Positions 25,211-39,565 of a stretch of DNA of 64,000 nt are shown here, one piece after another. Positions within the stretch are counted from its first letter, which is position 1. Every line of letters begins with the position of its first letter. The notes under the pieces are model-generated. The model had not been told where the DNA came from. It saw only the letters and a program-made list of their open reading frames with translations, and did not search any database. This DNA is from Chiloscyllium plagiosum (Eukaryota). Both the position numbers and the translations under genes were made by a program. Where the stretch lies: positions 106,952,896-107,016,895 of the forward strand of contig NC_057710.1 in the NCBI RefSeq assembly GCF_004010195.1. The letters are read 5' to 3'.

Positions 25211-26264
25211 AAGATTGCTTAAGAATAAATCTTTACCAAATATTTTATTCTTTTAATTATATTACATTGAACGATATTTGCTCTTCAATGGATTTTAAGT
25301 GGTAGACTGTACAGGACTGGGACGAGGGTCCAACAGTTTGCTGTAATCAGAACCACACTCTGGAAAATGAAACACATACAGATTACAGTCCATTCCAGTC
25401 TGGCACAGTGTTATCAACTGCTTAAGACAGAAAAAGCCATCATTCCAATTACTGCATTTCAACTTTTTGTTTAATGATTGAGAATATAACAAAAATAACT
25501 GTGTAAAGAAAATTATAACAATCTTGAAATTCAGAACTCAGCAGGATTTAGAAAACCCATCCCAAAGGAAAAAAAAAATTCTAAATGGTCACTACATCTA
25601 AACAAAGCCAAAACTGGTTCCACAAACATGCTCAGAATATATCTACAGATGCAGGAAATGGCTTCAAGGCTCAGACAAAATGTCCAACTCTGGAAATTAA
25701 ACAGTAGAGAAACAGATTTGAAGGCACAGCATGCAAAAATGGCAAGAACGTGAAAAACCACAGAGCTAAGTATGGATAACCAAATGATTTTATGGGAAAT
25801 AACAAGTACTTTTAGTAATTTGTGGACCTGCACATTTATCCAGATCAAAAATAAAAAAGTTAGAATTGCTTTGAAAAGGTAACTTGGCAAAAGTTGGTTA
25901 GAAGTACACTTCCCAATGATTACATTTTGGTCCTACAGTTACATCCAGAAGAGACATTACTCATGAGATAATTAGAGCCATCTCAAAATTGCAGCAAAAT
26001 GCAGAATCTATTTTAAACAATTAAAAAGGAGGAATTTCCTCTAATAATTGCCCATTAGATTTGCCCTTGCACAGTTGCTCATAAGTCATGACTATAACTT
26101 CTCTTCTGTTTACTACCTTTACTTGATACATAAAAAAATGAAAACTCCAGAGCAACAATTCCTCATACTTGAAACATTTGTGGAAAATAAACGGTTAATA
26201 CCAAACTTAAGAGTTTATCCAGCTTTCTCCATTTGCAATAAGTTGTTTTTTAAAATTAATTCAG

Positions 26265-26592
26265 GATGAGAGCTATCAAGACATTTATTGCCTATCCCTA
26301 ATTGCCCAGAGGGCAGTTAAGAGTCAACCACGTTGCTATGGATCTGAAGTCACATGTAGGCCAGACCAGGTGAGAATGGCAGTTTCCTTCCCAAAAGGAC
26401 ATTAGTGAACCAGATGGGTTTTTCCAACAATCAACAAAGGAATCAAAAAGTCAGTGGACTCTTAATTCTAGATTTTTACTGAATGCGCATTTCACCATCT
26501 GCCATGATGGGATTCGAATCAGAGTCTCCAGGACTTTATTCGGGTCTCTGGATTAACAGTCTAGTGATTATATCACTAGGCCATCACCTCCT
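26265..26592 (-). mobile_element. tRNA-derived SINE sharing 5' and 3' ends with the LINE at 54145/41860
   Basis: Minus strand: tggcctagtga.. A box, gattcgaatccc B box, body ctggttcactaatgtcc..ttaactgccctct, tail gggcaattagggataggcaataaatg. Other copies at 48495-48775(-), 62805-63170(-) and ~46270-46520(+). Confidence 0.85.
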
Positions 26593-27568
26593 GCTCTGGG
26601 TATAGTTACTACAGGTACTTGCTTTCTCATGGATGGTTGATTTCAAGTTGCCATTCTGATTTGACTTTGTCAATAGAATGGTCTCTGCAGGCCCGTATTC
26701 AAATCTTTTGCCTGAACAATATAGGTATGCTCAACTGACTGTTTACCTCGTCAAGACAGCACTGCCTTCAAACACCTAAATGGAAACTATTTATTTTGGT
26801 TAGCATACTGCCTCTGTGGGGGAACAAGTTAGCTTTTTTACATACTGTAGTTATCAATAACAGAATTGCCACAAAGTCTTGAAGCCTCAAGCACAAGATA
26901 ACTTTCCCACTGTACTTCAGTTTTTCTGTGCAAGTCTACAACATTAATCTGTTCAGTTGAAACATACAATGTCTTTAATCCAGAATGTACCTACATACAG
27001 CTCAAATTCTCCCAATATTTGGCCAGAACGCTACCTAGTTTTCTCATCCTATGTAGCAATGCAGCTACTTAAGTTGAAGAACAGTTCTTGCACAACAAAA
27101 TTAATGCGCCCTGTTGGTAAACAAAGATATGCAACCCTGAGAAAACCAATGTACATAGCCCTGTCCAACGATTTTAAAGTCTCAGTTAAATACCTGTGAA
27201 GTCAATGGGATGAAACATTCTAAACACGATTTCAGAAGTAAGTTTAGAAAACTTCTCATAGATCCAACTAAGCAAGAGATGTTGCTTCAAAATTGCTGCA
27301 GATTCACGAAAATGTGGTGTGCCAATTCAACAACTTCAATTCCAAACTAGACAGAAGTTTTTCTGATTAAAGCCTGCTCTTCATATCTTGAGCCACATAC
27401 TGTCTACATCCAGTGGTGGCTCATCAATTTCCTCTTTGTGCAGACATCATCTTCAGTTTTGTTTTCTACCAATCCCTCACTTTCCCATTAGGTCGAAGAA
27501 AATAAAATGGCAAAGGATGAAACTGGATTCCACATTACCTCATCAATATACTTAATTTGAACGTCAGA

Positions 27569-27945
27569 GTTAAAATCTCAACACCAGGTTACAGTCCAAC
27601 AGTTTATTTGAAAATACAAGCTTTCGGGGCGTTGGTCCTTCGTCATGTGGCTAGAGGGACAGGATCATAAGACACAATTTATAGTAAAAGATCAGTGTCA
27701 TACAACTGACGCAATGTATTGTAAAAACATAGATTGCTGTTAAATCTTTAACCACTTAGAATGGGAATGAAGGTTACGATTCATTAATATATAAATCCCA
27801 GAACTTCTTTTGTCACAGTCCAAAGCACTAGCTACCTGACGAAGGAGTAGTGCTCCAAAATCTTGTACTTTCAAATAGACCTGTTAGACCTGGTGTTGTG
27901 TGATTTTTAACTTTGTCCACCCCAGTCCAGCACTGGCACCTCCAT
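27569..27945 (+). mobile_element. Family A fold-back Penelope-derived element
   Basis: Inverted arms with hammerhead-like cores on both strands (27620-27648 minus; 27836-27865 plus). Confidence 0.8.
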
Positions 27946-28137
27946 ATTAAATGTCTGAAAAAGTCAGTTCATAAAGGTTAGTTTCATGCCTGCTGTAAGC
28001 ACCTGGCAGAAGCAGCAGTGTCACAGAAATGGGAAAAGAGAAAGAAAAGCAAAATAATGCAGATGTTAGAAATCTGAATTTAAAACAGAAAATACTGGAA
28101 ACACTCGTAGGTGTCAGTCGGTACCTGTGGACAAAAA

Positions 28138-28735
28138 GTTAAAAATCATACAACACCAGGTTATAGTCCATTAGATTTATTTGGAAGTACTAGCTTTTGG
28201 AGCACTGCTCCTTCATCAGGTAAGTATGGAGTAGGATCATAAGACAGTATTTAAAGCAAAAGATTACATTGTCATGAATGCAACTGATACGATATATAGT
28301 AGAGGAACCTTGATTATCCAAACGTCAATTATCTGAACAAGCTCACAAGGTCCTGACGCTTGGCTAAAATGTGTTATCCAGCATTCGATTATCCAAACAA
28401 AATACTCTCCACCCAAGTTGTTCGGATAATCGAGGTTCCTCTGTGTTGAACAAACCTAGATTGCTGTTAAGTGTTTCATCTTTCAGAAAGAGAGTTGCAG
28501 GCTTTGGTTCATTAATATGTAAATTCCAGAACTTCTTTCAAGTCACATTCCCGAGTTACCTTAAGGTTTTATAAAAAAGGCAACATCTCAGCTCAGCCAA
28601 TGCATTAAAGGTTTATGGTTAGAGTCTGTCTGTATCCAAATCTTGAGTCAGACCGGTTCTGTTTCTAAAGTAGAAATTTATGAAATGTATTAGACTGACT
28701 CTAACCTCAACTTTAATGCACTGTCTCAGCTGAGA
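28138..28735 (-). mobile_element. Family A element arm plus internal sequence
   Basis: gttaaaaatcatacaacaccaggttatagtcc..tagcttttggagcactgctccttcatcag; the internal part matches 27650-27820 and 49115-49380. Confidence 0.75.
28299..28443. mobile_element. Tc1/mariner-Tigger-type MITE nested in a family A element
   Basis: ~24-bp TIRs agaggaaccttgattatccaaac / gttcggataatcgaggttcctct, inserted in a TA context. Confidence 0.7.
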
Positions 28736-28739
28736 GAGT

Positions 28740-29700
28740 CAGAAACAGAGACGTACAGCACAAAAACAGACCCATTAGTCCAACCCGCCCACGTGACGGA
28801 TGTCGTAACTTCATTTAGTCACATCTGCCGGCACTTGGCTCACATCCCTCTAAACCCTTCCTATTCATATACCCATCCAGATGCCTTTTAATGCTGTAAT
28901 TGTACCAGCCTCCACCACTTCTTGTGGCAGCTCATTCCAGACACTGAAAAAGTTGTCCCTTAGGTCCCTTGCATATCGTTCGCCGCTCATCCTAAACCTA
29001 TGCCCTCGAGTTCTGGACTTCCCTACCCCAGGGAAAAGACCTTGTCTATTTATCTTATCCACGGCCCTCATGATTTTAAGCCTCTATGAGGTCACCCCTC
29101 AGCCTCTGATGATCCAACTTATTCAGTCTCTCCCTACAGCTCAAATTCTTCAACCCTGGCAACATCCTTGTAAATCTTTTCCGAACTTTTCCAAGTTTCA
29201 CAACATCCTTCCGATAGGAGAGACCAGAATTGCATGCAATATTTCAAAAGTGGCAAAACCAATGTCCTGTACGGCTGCAATATGACCTCAACTCCTATCC
29301 TCAATGCTCTGACCAATAAAGGAAAGCATACCAAACGCCTTCTTCACTATCCTATTTACCTGCAACTCTACTTTCAAAGGAGTTATGAACCTGCACTCCA
29401 AGGTCTCTTTGCTCAGCAACACTCCCCAAGACCTTACCATTCAACGTATAAGTCCTGCTAAGATTTCCTTTTCCAAAATGCAGCATCTCACAGTTATATA
29501 ATTTAAACTCCATCTGCCACTCCTCAGCCCATTGGCCCATCTGATCAAGATCCCGTTGTAATCAGAGGTAACCTTCTTCACTGTCCACTACATCTGCAAA
29601 CTTACTAACTATATGTACACATGCAAATCATTTTTGTAAATGAAAAGAAGTGGACCCAGCACCCAGTGGCGTCGCACTGGTCAGAGGCCTTCAATTTCTA
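28740..29700 (-). mobile_element. CR1/HER1 LINE 3' ~1 kb
   Basis: ORFs GQWAEEWQMEF, YCMQFWS and SRTRGHRFR. Confidence 0.9.
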
Positions 29701-30301
29701 GAATATAAATGCAGATAGACTATTCCCTGGTTAGTGAGTGAGAAATTCAACAATGGTCCCATATGTCCTATCAGATGGGTACAAAGCAGACAGGGAAAAA
29801 TAAATTGTACCGTACTATTCAGAGGGTTCTCAGTCAGCCAACAATAATCAGTTAAGGTCGCTCATTTCCTTGCTAATGTAGGAGTTGCTATAGACGAATC
29901 TGTGTTATCTGCATTAGTGACAACATTCAAAAGCACTTTGGGACATTGTGATCATGAAAGCATTGCATGAATACTCAGATGTTTCTCCATTTAACAATTT
30001 TCTTCGACCTGAAATAGTACCTGAAATCTATACTGAATGCAGCACAATGATTTTAGAAAAAAAACTCTCTCACTTTTCATTACAAAGCAACTCCCTGGTA
30101 CTTTACAGTTAAAACTGCAGTGAAACAAACTGCTCCCACTTATTGTCAAAAATAAATTTGTAACCAGAAAAAAAAGGGGAGCACAGGAGAATGTGGGATC
30201 AGTCAGGCACAGAAGTTTTGTACTTGCTATGCCTTATTCATTACAATGAATGTGCGCAATAGCTTCTACTTTCAATCCCACTGACTTAAATGTCTACCCT
30301 T

Positions 30302-30950
30302 AGAGTCAGATGTACAGCACTAAAACAGACCCTTTGGTCCAACTCGTCTATGTCAACCAGATATCCCAACCTAATCTAGTCCCAACTGCCATCACCTGGC
30401 CCATATCCCACCAAACCCTTCATATTCATATACCCATCCAGATGCCTTTTAAAGGTTACAATTGTACCAGCCTCCACTACTCCCTCTGGCATCTCATTCC
30501 ATACATATACCAATGTGAAAAAGTTGCCTGTGGTCTCTTTTATATCATCTTTCCCATCTCACCCTAAACCTATGCCCTCTAGTTCTGGACTCCCCCAAGA
30601 CAAGGAAAGAACTTTGCCTATTTATCCTATCCATGCCCCTCAATTTTGTAAACCTTTAAGGTTACCCCTCAGCCTCCAACGCTCCAGAGAACACAGCACC
30701 AACCTCTCCCTATAGCTAAATCCTCCAGCCCTGGCAACATCCTTGTAAATCTTTTCTGAACCCTTTCAAGTTTCACAACATTCTTCCGATAGGAAGGAGA
30801 CCAGAACTGCACACAATAGTCACCTAACCAATGTCTGTACAGTCACATGACCTCCCAACTTCTATACTCAATGCGATGACCAATAAAGGAAAGCATACCA
30901 ATCACCCCCTTCACTAACTTATCTACCAGCGACTCCACTTTCAAGGAACC
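30302..30950 (-). mobile_element. CR1/HER1 LINE 3' end
   Basis: Close paralogue of 28740-29400. Confidence 0.85.
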
Positions 30951-31019
30951 TTGTATGCAAGTGAAATAATAATTCTACAAACCAGAGTTAGCCCATCTTT
31001 CAGATCAAAGCCTTCAAGG

Positions 31020-32910
31020 ATCAGAATACATATGATAGTGGGCCACCCAGCCCATCGAGTCAATGAGATCATGGTTGATCTGATTATCTTCACTTTCCTG
31101 TCTGTATCTCATAACCTTTGATTTCCTCACTACTTTAAAATGCATCTCAGCCATAAATATACTTAACAACCCAGCCTCAACAATGCTTTGTAGTAATGAA
31201 TTTCACAGATTCACACCCTCAAACAAAAGATCTTGCCTCATCTATAAAAAGTGCAATCCTTTATTCTGAAATTATGCCCTCTGATCTTCAGGGGGAAAAC
31301 AAGCTTTCGGATCTACCTTTTCAAGTCATCTAAACTGGAGAACCTCAGCAGGACGGGTACCAATCTGTGGAGAGAAAAGAGTCCATTTTAGGTCCAGGGA
31401 CTCTACTCTTCTCTTCACAGATGTTGCCCAACCTGCTGAGGTTCTTTAGCAATTTGTATTTGTTTCAGTCTCAAGCATCCACAAGTCTTTGTTTTTGCCC
31501 AATATACACAACCTCCCCTCATTAGGCAGCCTGATATCAACCCAGCGTACCTTCTCTGGACTGCTGCCATTGCAAATACATTTTTCCTTAGATAAGGGAG
31601 CCCAAAACCATTCACAGTATTTCAGCTGTGGTCTGTCTCGTACATTAAGTTTTAACAAAGCCTCATTACTGTACTTTACTGTATGAATCTAAGGACTATA
31701 ATTCAAGGTTCAAAGGAAAAATTGTTTTTAAAAAATTGTGTGTTCTTGGAATGTTGATCATTCTAACTTTGATCAAATAGACAGCTCTGCTGAGTTGCTT
31801 TTGCAGTTGCACAAACATGCAAATTAAGAGGAGGCCACCCCTCGAGCCAGCTCCACCATTCAATTAGATCATGACTGATCTATTCCTCCTCATTCCTGCC
31901 TAGCCCTGATAATCTTTCACTCCTTGCTTAAAAGCATACTCAAAAGACTCTGCTTTTACCACCTTTTGAGGAAGATTGTTCGAAATATTCATGATCCTTT
32001 ATTAGAGGAAATTTCTCCTCATCTCAGTCTTAAATAGGTGACCCGTATTTGTGGATTTTCCATAATATCCAGGCATATTAGCCTTGGGAAGTGCAGGGTT
32101 ACAAGGATAGTGTGGAGATGGGTCGGGATGGGCTGCTCTTTGCAGTGTCGGTGTGGCCACAACGGGTTGAGTGGCCTGCTTCCACAGTGTAGGGATTCTA
32201 TGATTCAATACCTAACCTTTTCTTGAAAGCATTCAATGTTTTGGAAGCAACGACTTTTCACATCAGAGAATCGCAGTGAAGAAATTTCCCCTCAACTCAG
32301 TTCCCCTACCCAGTATCCTTAAACTATGCCACCTGATTCTGGACTCTCTGGTTATCTGGAACATCTTTCCGGCATTTACCGTTCTATTAGCTTCCCTACT
32401 TAAAATATCAAGCTTACTGACCTTTTGCAATTCATACACTGGGACAGCCAGATACCTCAATTTTAGAGCTTTGCAAGTCCTCCCCATTTAGTTTCTATGC
32501 TTTTTCATGACAAAATGAATTTCATATTTACTCGTGTTTTATCTATCTGCCCAATCTTTGCCCACTCACTCGCTTATATCTTTATATCTCCGTTTGACCT
32601 CTTCATAATTTACTTATGATCATCACCAAACTTAGAAACAATATCTTTGGTTTCTTTAAAGTCATTTTTATAAATTGTAAAAAGTTACAGTCCAACAATG
32701 ATCCTTGTGGCACACCAGTTCTTACCCCTTGCCAACAGAGAAAAGGTCAATTTATGCTTAATATTCTGTGCATGTCATTAGATTTTATTTCTGAAATTAA
32801 TATTTGACAAGGCATCTTATCAAATGTTTTCTAGAAACCTTAGTGCATCAACTGCTATATCCACATCATGTCAAGAACGGGTTTAGGATTACTTCCCTTT
32901 CACAAACCCA
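31020..32910 (-). mobile_element. Cluster of degraded CR1 fragments with nested family C element and HE1 tail pieces
   Basis: RPQLKYCEWFWAPL, SRIRWHSLRI; HE1-like segment at ~32065-32205. Confidence 0.65.
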
Positions 32911-35643
32911 CCCGAGTGATTTCATTACAATCCTAACTTCTACCCTGCAGTTAAATACTACCTTGATATTCCTGTAGCTGCTAGGCATTCGCATTCTAAT
33001 ATTCTACACACATCTGTTGGAACACAAAATAAGTATGGGCAGCTCAGGATCTCATGCTAAGCAAGAAATAACTAATTCTCATTGTTATTTACTTCTAAAG
33101 ATAATTATATAAAACACCCATGATTTTGCACAAATCAAGTGTTGTGTAATATTGAAATTGGAGCATGGTTGTGGTAGTAAACTACTAGTTTGCACTATGC
33201 ATTCAATATTACAGATCTAACTTAGCAGAACACCGATACAGAGAGCTTTTTGTAAAGTGCTGAGGTCATCGCAGCCTCCAGGATGATATCTGCCTTTTTC
33301 TCCCCTGAGAGATTGACTTGCGTAAACTAGAGTGATATCTATGAGTAACAGATGCAACTCAATGTTGACTTGCGGCCCTGCGAACTGGCATCTTAATTTA
33401 CTAAGCAAAAAGTTTAAAACACTGTAGGGAATCTAATCTGATCTACATCTCAGAAGCCCCAGTTGTCATTTCCCTTTCAAATTCAAAAGCCTACAATTCA
33501 ATTTCCCATAAATTAGAAATATATTTCATATTTCCATTTTTTTAATGGAATATAATCTGATAAATTGATATTTTTCAGTCCAAAAACATCAAATTAAATA
33601 ATTTGAATTAAGCAAAGTTACAAAGTGGAAATCAAGTGCACAAATTCAGATCAATTGAACTCTCAATTTGAAGCACAGACTACATTGTTATGATTTATTT
33701 TCAGAGGTCTTTGAAAAGTCTGTAGTTTAACTTCTTTATCCACACACAGGATATCCATTTACATATGACATGGTGACTACACTTGTACTTTTTTTTGTTA
33801 AAAAGTCACTTCATGGTTTCCAATCTGACCACAAATCTTACTAGAGTCTCTCGCAAGCAAAATCATAGTCCAGTCTATGCCAGCCACCAACCCCCATCCT
33901 GACGTCACTACCTTTGTATACAACACCAGGACCGGGGATCATTCCCACAAGAACTGAACTCAAAGTCTTACCCACAAAACCAAGAAAACCAATCTGAGAT
34001 GAACACCCAAGCTTCTGTTTTACTCACTATAAAACAAATACTTAATCCATAACCCATATATCAGACAATAATTATAATCTATGGAAGTCAAATAAATCCA
34101 CCAGTAAAACGTCATAGTCATTTGTAGCACAGAACACAGCCAGTCGCCTTTATGAATCTATATGGAACAATAGAGTCAGTCCCATTCCCCACCTCTATTC
34201 CCACAGATTTACTTTCAGTAAATGGTTAAACCTCAAAATTGATACTTTAATAACTCAATTTACGAGTCTAACTTCCCTTCACCTCTCACTTCCCTCCATT
34301 AAACTTCCAAAAGAAAACCATTCCAGCAATTATCCTCAATGAGTCGATTTTCACATCAACACTTCATTTTGTAACATATATCTCATTTTAAAATAAAAAT
34401 TAAAATAGAGAAATAGATGAACAAAATTAGAAGTGTATATATGTGAAAGTGGATATTCCTTCAATGACACAATGAAATTAGCCTTCTAGACTTCTATAGA
34501 TTGAGATCTAAAGAAACCTTAATCATAATATATTCTATGCTCTGTTGTATTACGTCTACTGGCAATGTGTTAAAATTTGCACATTAATATTCATATATCA
34601 CACTGTTCCTAATGCTCATTAAAATGTTGTTTTTAGTGTAGTTGATAATTTCCAAAGAGTATGCTCTAATTTCCAAAGTTCCTTGATGAAACATTAAAAT
34701 TATTCAATAGAGAAAGGTTGCATTCTAGCAAATTGTGAAACATTAAAAATCAAATAAAGGTTTCTTGACTAAAGCCAGACCTCACTTTGCAGACTCAGTA
34801 AATGACAAAAGAATATCCACAAAGAATATGCGTCTGTTACCAATGTAGATGCTCTAATCATGACACACAAAGTACTCTGAAAAAAAAACTATCTCCACAC
34901 TAACTTAATCTTCTAATAAGTTAGATGCATCAAGACACTACTATAAGCCTTACACGTCTATAACGGATATATTTAAAATAGGCAGCAGTGAGGCAAGAAG
35001 GAATCCTAGCAAAACTGGAATCAGGGGTGCAAACGCTCTACCAGTTTCAGTCATACCTGGCACATAGGAAGATGGTTAAGGTTGCTGGAAGTCAGTCATG
35101 TCAATTCCAGGACATCTTTGATACTTTCGTCAGGCAAGATATTTTCTAATCAACCATATTCAGAGATGTGACTGCACATTTCTGGAGCAGATGAAACTTG
35201 AACCTGGGCCTCGTGGTTCAGAGATTGGCACAAGACCATTGTGTCATGAGAGCCCTGGAGTGCCTCAGGTAATATCCTGGACCTAACCTTTTTCAGCTGC
35301 TTCAATGACCTTCCCTCTCTAAAAAGGTCAGAAGTGGGATGCTCAAGGATTGCCCCAAGTCCAGGCTTGGGCTCAAGAGTGGCAAGTAACAATTGCACCA
35401 CACAAATGCCAGGCAATGACCATCTCTGATAAAACACAATATAACCACCGCTCCTTGACATTTATTAGCCTCACCATCACTATATCCCCCACTAACAACA
35501 TCCTGGGAGTTATCATTGAGCAGAAACTCAACTGGACTCACCACATACTGGTTACAAGTAGTAAGAGGCTAGGAATACTCACCTCCTGACTCCCCAATCC
35601 CTGTTCATCATCTAAAAGCACAAGTCAGGAATGTTGTGAATAT

Positions 35644-36199
35644 ACAAGGTATTCGCAAAAAACGGATATCCTCGCAATTTCATCAACAGAAGCGTAAGGG
35701 AAAGACAACAGAAGGAGGACATGCCGCAACCCAAAGGACTAGCCACACTACCATACATCAAGAACATCTCTGAAATGACAGCCAGACTACTGCGACCACT
35801 AGGACTTATAACAGCACACAAACCAACAGCCACTCTCAGACAACAACTCACCAAAACGAAGGACCCGATACCCAGCATGAGCAAAACTAATGTAGTGTAC
35901 AAAATCCCATGCAAGGACTGCACAAAACACGAAACGACACGAACCACAGCAACGAGCACCCGAGCTACAAATCTTCTCACAAACTTTGATACAGCGGACA
36001 GCTGAAACTGACAACCGGAAGCGGCAGGGACAGACCACTATAAATGCCGGAGGAAACACCACAGAAGCGCTTCACAGGAGGCTCCCAAGCACTGAGGATG
36101 TCACCTCGACAGGGGACGAAACGTTTGCACAAAAACTTGCAGCTCGGCGAACAGAACCACAGCAACGAGCACCCGAGCTACAAATCTTCTCACAAACTT
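35644..36199 (+). mobile_element. Penelope element (RT C-terminus, start of GIY-YIG, direct pseudo-LTR)
   Basis: TLPYIKNISE..HKPTATLRQQL..NVVYKIPCKDC; ~47-bp direct repeat at 35941-35987 and 36154-36200; 12-bp TSD tgttgtgaatat at 35632-35643 and 36200-36211. Confidence 0.92.
36089..36128 (+). ncRNA. Minimal hammerhead ribozyme motif in the Penelope pLTR
   Basis: gca-CTGAGGA-tgtcacctcgacaggggac-GAAA-cgtt-tgc: intact core, helix II gtc/gac + cct/agg, palindromic AACGTT helix III, short helix I gca/tgc. Confidence 0.7.
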
Positions 36200-36479
36200 T
36201 GTTGTGAATATTCCCCACTTGCCTGGGTGAGTGCAGCTCCAACAACATACAAGCTGACAGCTTTCACGATAAATCCGTTTACATCCAATCCCTTCACTCA
36301 GCAGAGCAGTGTGTATACACTGCAGTAATTCACCAAAGATCCTTAAGCACCTTTTATACCCATGACCACTTTCATCTATAAGGCAGCAGATACATGGGAA
36401 CACCACCTGCAGGTTCACTTCCAAGCTACTCACCACCTGACTTGGAAACATATCAGTGTTCCTTCACTGTCACAGGCCT

Positions 36480-38610
36480 TAGAACCAAGCCTGCTGGATT
36501 TTTAACCATTCAAACCAGACTACCCCCTCACTGAGGGATGAACTATCAGTCCTCAGCAAAACGTCTCACCTTCATCCCACTATGCTCCTGGGTCAACGAA
36601 TTCCATATGTGATGTGACATTTAACTTTTCTTCCCCTGCCGCCATGCTTATGTTTTCAATCGTGACTCCCACCCATCCTCAGAGGACCACTTCTCCCATC
36701 TCCAACATACTCCATCCTCTTGAACACCCCATTTGGGCCTCGTACCTTCCCTTGACCTCAGGACAGATTGAGGCAGTCAACCCCTCTCACTCTCGCATCA
36801 TGCAGTCCCCCCCTCTAACTCCAACCTCATCATTAAACCAGGAGCAGCCAGTGGTTCGGTGCACCGACCTCTACAATCGCCGAAACCAGGTGCCAATTCA
36901 CTGACACCTCCTCCCATCGCCCCCTCAACCACACCACCCAGACCATCCACAATCTCTGTTGACCTATTGTCTCTGCCTGCTCCTGCCCAATCTAACTTAT
37001 CTCCTCATATCTCAACACCAACTTGCCCCCATTGGTCCAGGAACTCGCCACATATTTAGGACAGCACCCACACCTGCCACCTCCTCAATGACTTTCATTT
37101 CCCCAATCCCCAACACCTCAGCCTAATCATGGACATCCAGTCCGTTTACATGTCCACCCATCATGGCGAAGGCCTCCAATCCCTCCATTTCTTCCTCTCC
37201 CGTTGACCTAACTAGTACCTGTCCGACACATTTGATTGATATAAGGAGCTTCACCCTCAACAACTTCTCTTTTGAATTCTCCCACTTCCTTCAGATGCCT
37301 ACTTCCTCGTAGGATACTTCGTAGTTGCACTGGCACCACCCCCAACCTTTTCCTCCGCTACACGGATGACTGTAGCGGTGTCATGTCATGCTCCCATGAG
37401 GTTGAATAACTCAACTTCACAAACACCTTCCAGCCCTTCTTGGACCTCTCCATCTGTCTCCAACGACCAACTCACCACATATTTATTTGAAATGCACTGA
37501 CTCCCACAGCTATCTTGACTACACTCCTCCCACCCTCATTCCTGTAAAAATGCAATCCTTTACTCCCAATTCTTGTGCCATATCTACGCCCAGGAGAAGC
37601 AATTCCACTCCAGGATATCTCAGATGGTCTCCTGTTTCAAAGACAGCAATGTCCCCTCCCACAAGATCAACAATGCCCTCCAGTAGTCCTCCACTTCGAA
37701 CACCTCCGCCTTTGAATCTCACCCCTCCAACGGCAAGGATAGACCTTCCACCCCACTAGTCTCCTGATACAATGCATTATGCTCCACCATTTCCAACATC
37801 TATAATCAGACCCCAGCACCAACAATATATTTCCCTCCCGACCCCTATCTGCATCCCACAGAAATCATTCCCTCCATGACTCCCATTAACCCACCCTCCA
37901 CATGCGGCACCTTCCTTTGCCACCGCACAAGATTTAAAACCTGCACCCACACCTTCCCGCTCACTTCTGTCCAAGGCCCCAAAAGGATCTTTCCACATCC
38001 ACCACAGATTTTCCTACACACTCACCCACCTCATCTACCGTCTTCACTGCTCTCAATGTGGTCCTCTCTACACTGATGAGACAGGACACCAACACACAGA
38101 GGGTTTTAGGGAACATCTCTGGGGGGGACACACCAAACAACCCCACCGCCCTGTGGTCAACCACTTGAACTCCCCTCCTTTTCCAAAGGACAAGCAAGCC
38201 CTGGCCTCCTCCACTGTCAAACCAAAGCCACCCACCAAATGAAGGAAGAACACCATGTTCCACCTTGGGGCTCTTCAACCACACGGCATCAGCATCAACT
38301 TCACTAGTTTCCAAATCTCCCCACCTCATCCCAGATCCAACCCTCCAACTCGGCACCACCCCCTTGACTCCATCTTCCTTCCCACATCTGCTCCACTCTC
38401 TTCACTGACATATCACAATTAGCCCCTACTTGCATCCACATATCGCCCTCCCAGCAACCTTACCCCAGTCACAGCCCCACCCCTATATTTATCTCTCAGC
38501 ATCCATTCCCCTTCACATTCCTGATGAACAGCTTATGTCCAAAACATCAACTCTCCTACTCAGATGCTGCCTGACCTGCTGTGCTTTACCAGCACCAAAC
38601 TTTTCAACTA
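36480..38610 (+). mobile_element. Long degraded Penelope-like element (RT + GIY-YIG + family B tail)
   Basis: Decayed MDIQS.Y, NNFSF, FLRYTDD, PFLDL, C..CG.LY.GET and LG.LQP.GI motifs; ends cctgatgaacagcttatgtccaaaac..gatgctgcctgacctgctg. Confidence 0.8.
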
Positions 38611-39459
38611 TAACAATATTGTAAAATAGTAGTCACAGTCATGACAACACCTACTCTATATACTAAACTTTAGTATGAAACATCTCCACTAAAATATATT
38701 GAATGCTTTTAAGATTTAAAATTTACCAATACAAAGCACTTTCACCAATCTGGAATTCAACCTTGAACCGGACACCACTTTCAAAACAGCTTCCAGGACT
38801 TTCTTCCAACAATTAAGCATAATTCAGATCGACTGCTGAGAATGTTGACTTAACAGTATTTACGAGGTCATCTCACACCTTGATCCAGAATACAGTTAAG
38901 TGTCACTGATTGGGTTTTGTTTCTTCCACTGGTCTGAAAGTGATTATTTCAATTAGTTACGCTGACCACAGTTCCTCTCAAAAGTAGTTTTGGTATTTCC
39001 ACAGGGCGAGGTCTGATGTATTGATCCATTAAATGTTAGCAGATAAATAAGTACCTAACAGGGATCAAATCAAACTTAAACTCTGCTTTTCAAAGCTGCT
39101 AGATTTTATTGCTCCAGAAAGGTGGCACTGCAAATAACATTTCAATAATTCAAGCTATTGTGGAGTACGATGCTGCAAGGGAAGCGTCCATGGAAAATTC
39201 AAAATCTACTCACTAAATTCAGTTCTTAGAGTCAGGATCTGGAACTCTTTAAAGTCAAGTCCCAAAACAGATAACAGATTAATTGTGACTCAATAATTAG
39301 AATAAGGAGTACTAATTAGCGATTCAGAGACTCTTCCCACTCTACTAGCAAATAATGTGGCTCAGATCCTGTTTTGCCCACCTCCTGGATTAAAATTTGA
39401 ATGAAAGAGTAGCCACCCAGTTAGGGTTTCTAACTGACAAGGTCTTCCACATTTAAAAA

Positions 39460-39565
39460 ATATATATTTTCCAGAAGTGTTATTACACACTCCTGGAGCA
39501 GGTGAGACTGAAACCCAAGCCTTCTGACTCCAAGGCCAGGAAACCACTATGACAAGAGCAGCCAA
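39460..39565 (-). mobile_element. ~110-bp tRNA-derived mini-SINE (copies at 35145-35255(-), 57760-57870, 57890-58000)
   Basis: Minus strand ggctgctcttgtcatagtggtt..gggtttcagtctcacctgctccaggagtgtgtaataacac. Confidence 0.65.

Larger units (their letters stand above)
35030..36475 (+). mobile_element. RT/3' part of the tRNA-headed LINE family (CR1/L2 group), split by a Penelope
   Basis: LFSCFNDL, QAWAQEWQVTIAPHKCQAM, NILGVIIEQKLNW; resumes at 36200. Confidence 0.8.

Noticed and set aside
26618-26712. Exon-like open segment on the minus strand (ttgttcAG...AA|GTACCT)
   Set aside because: Open only in phase 1. In RBPJ's phase 2 it hits TGA immediately, the donor is weak, and I recognise no homology.
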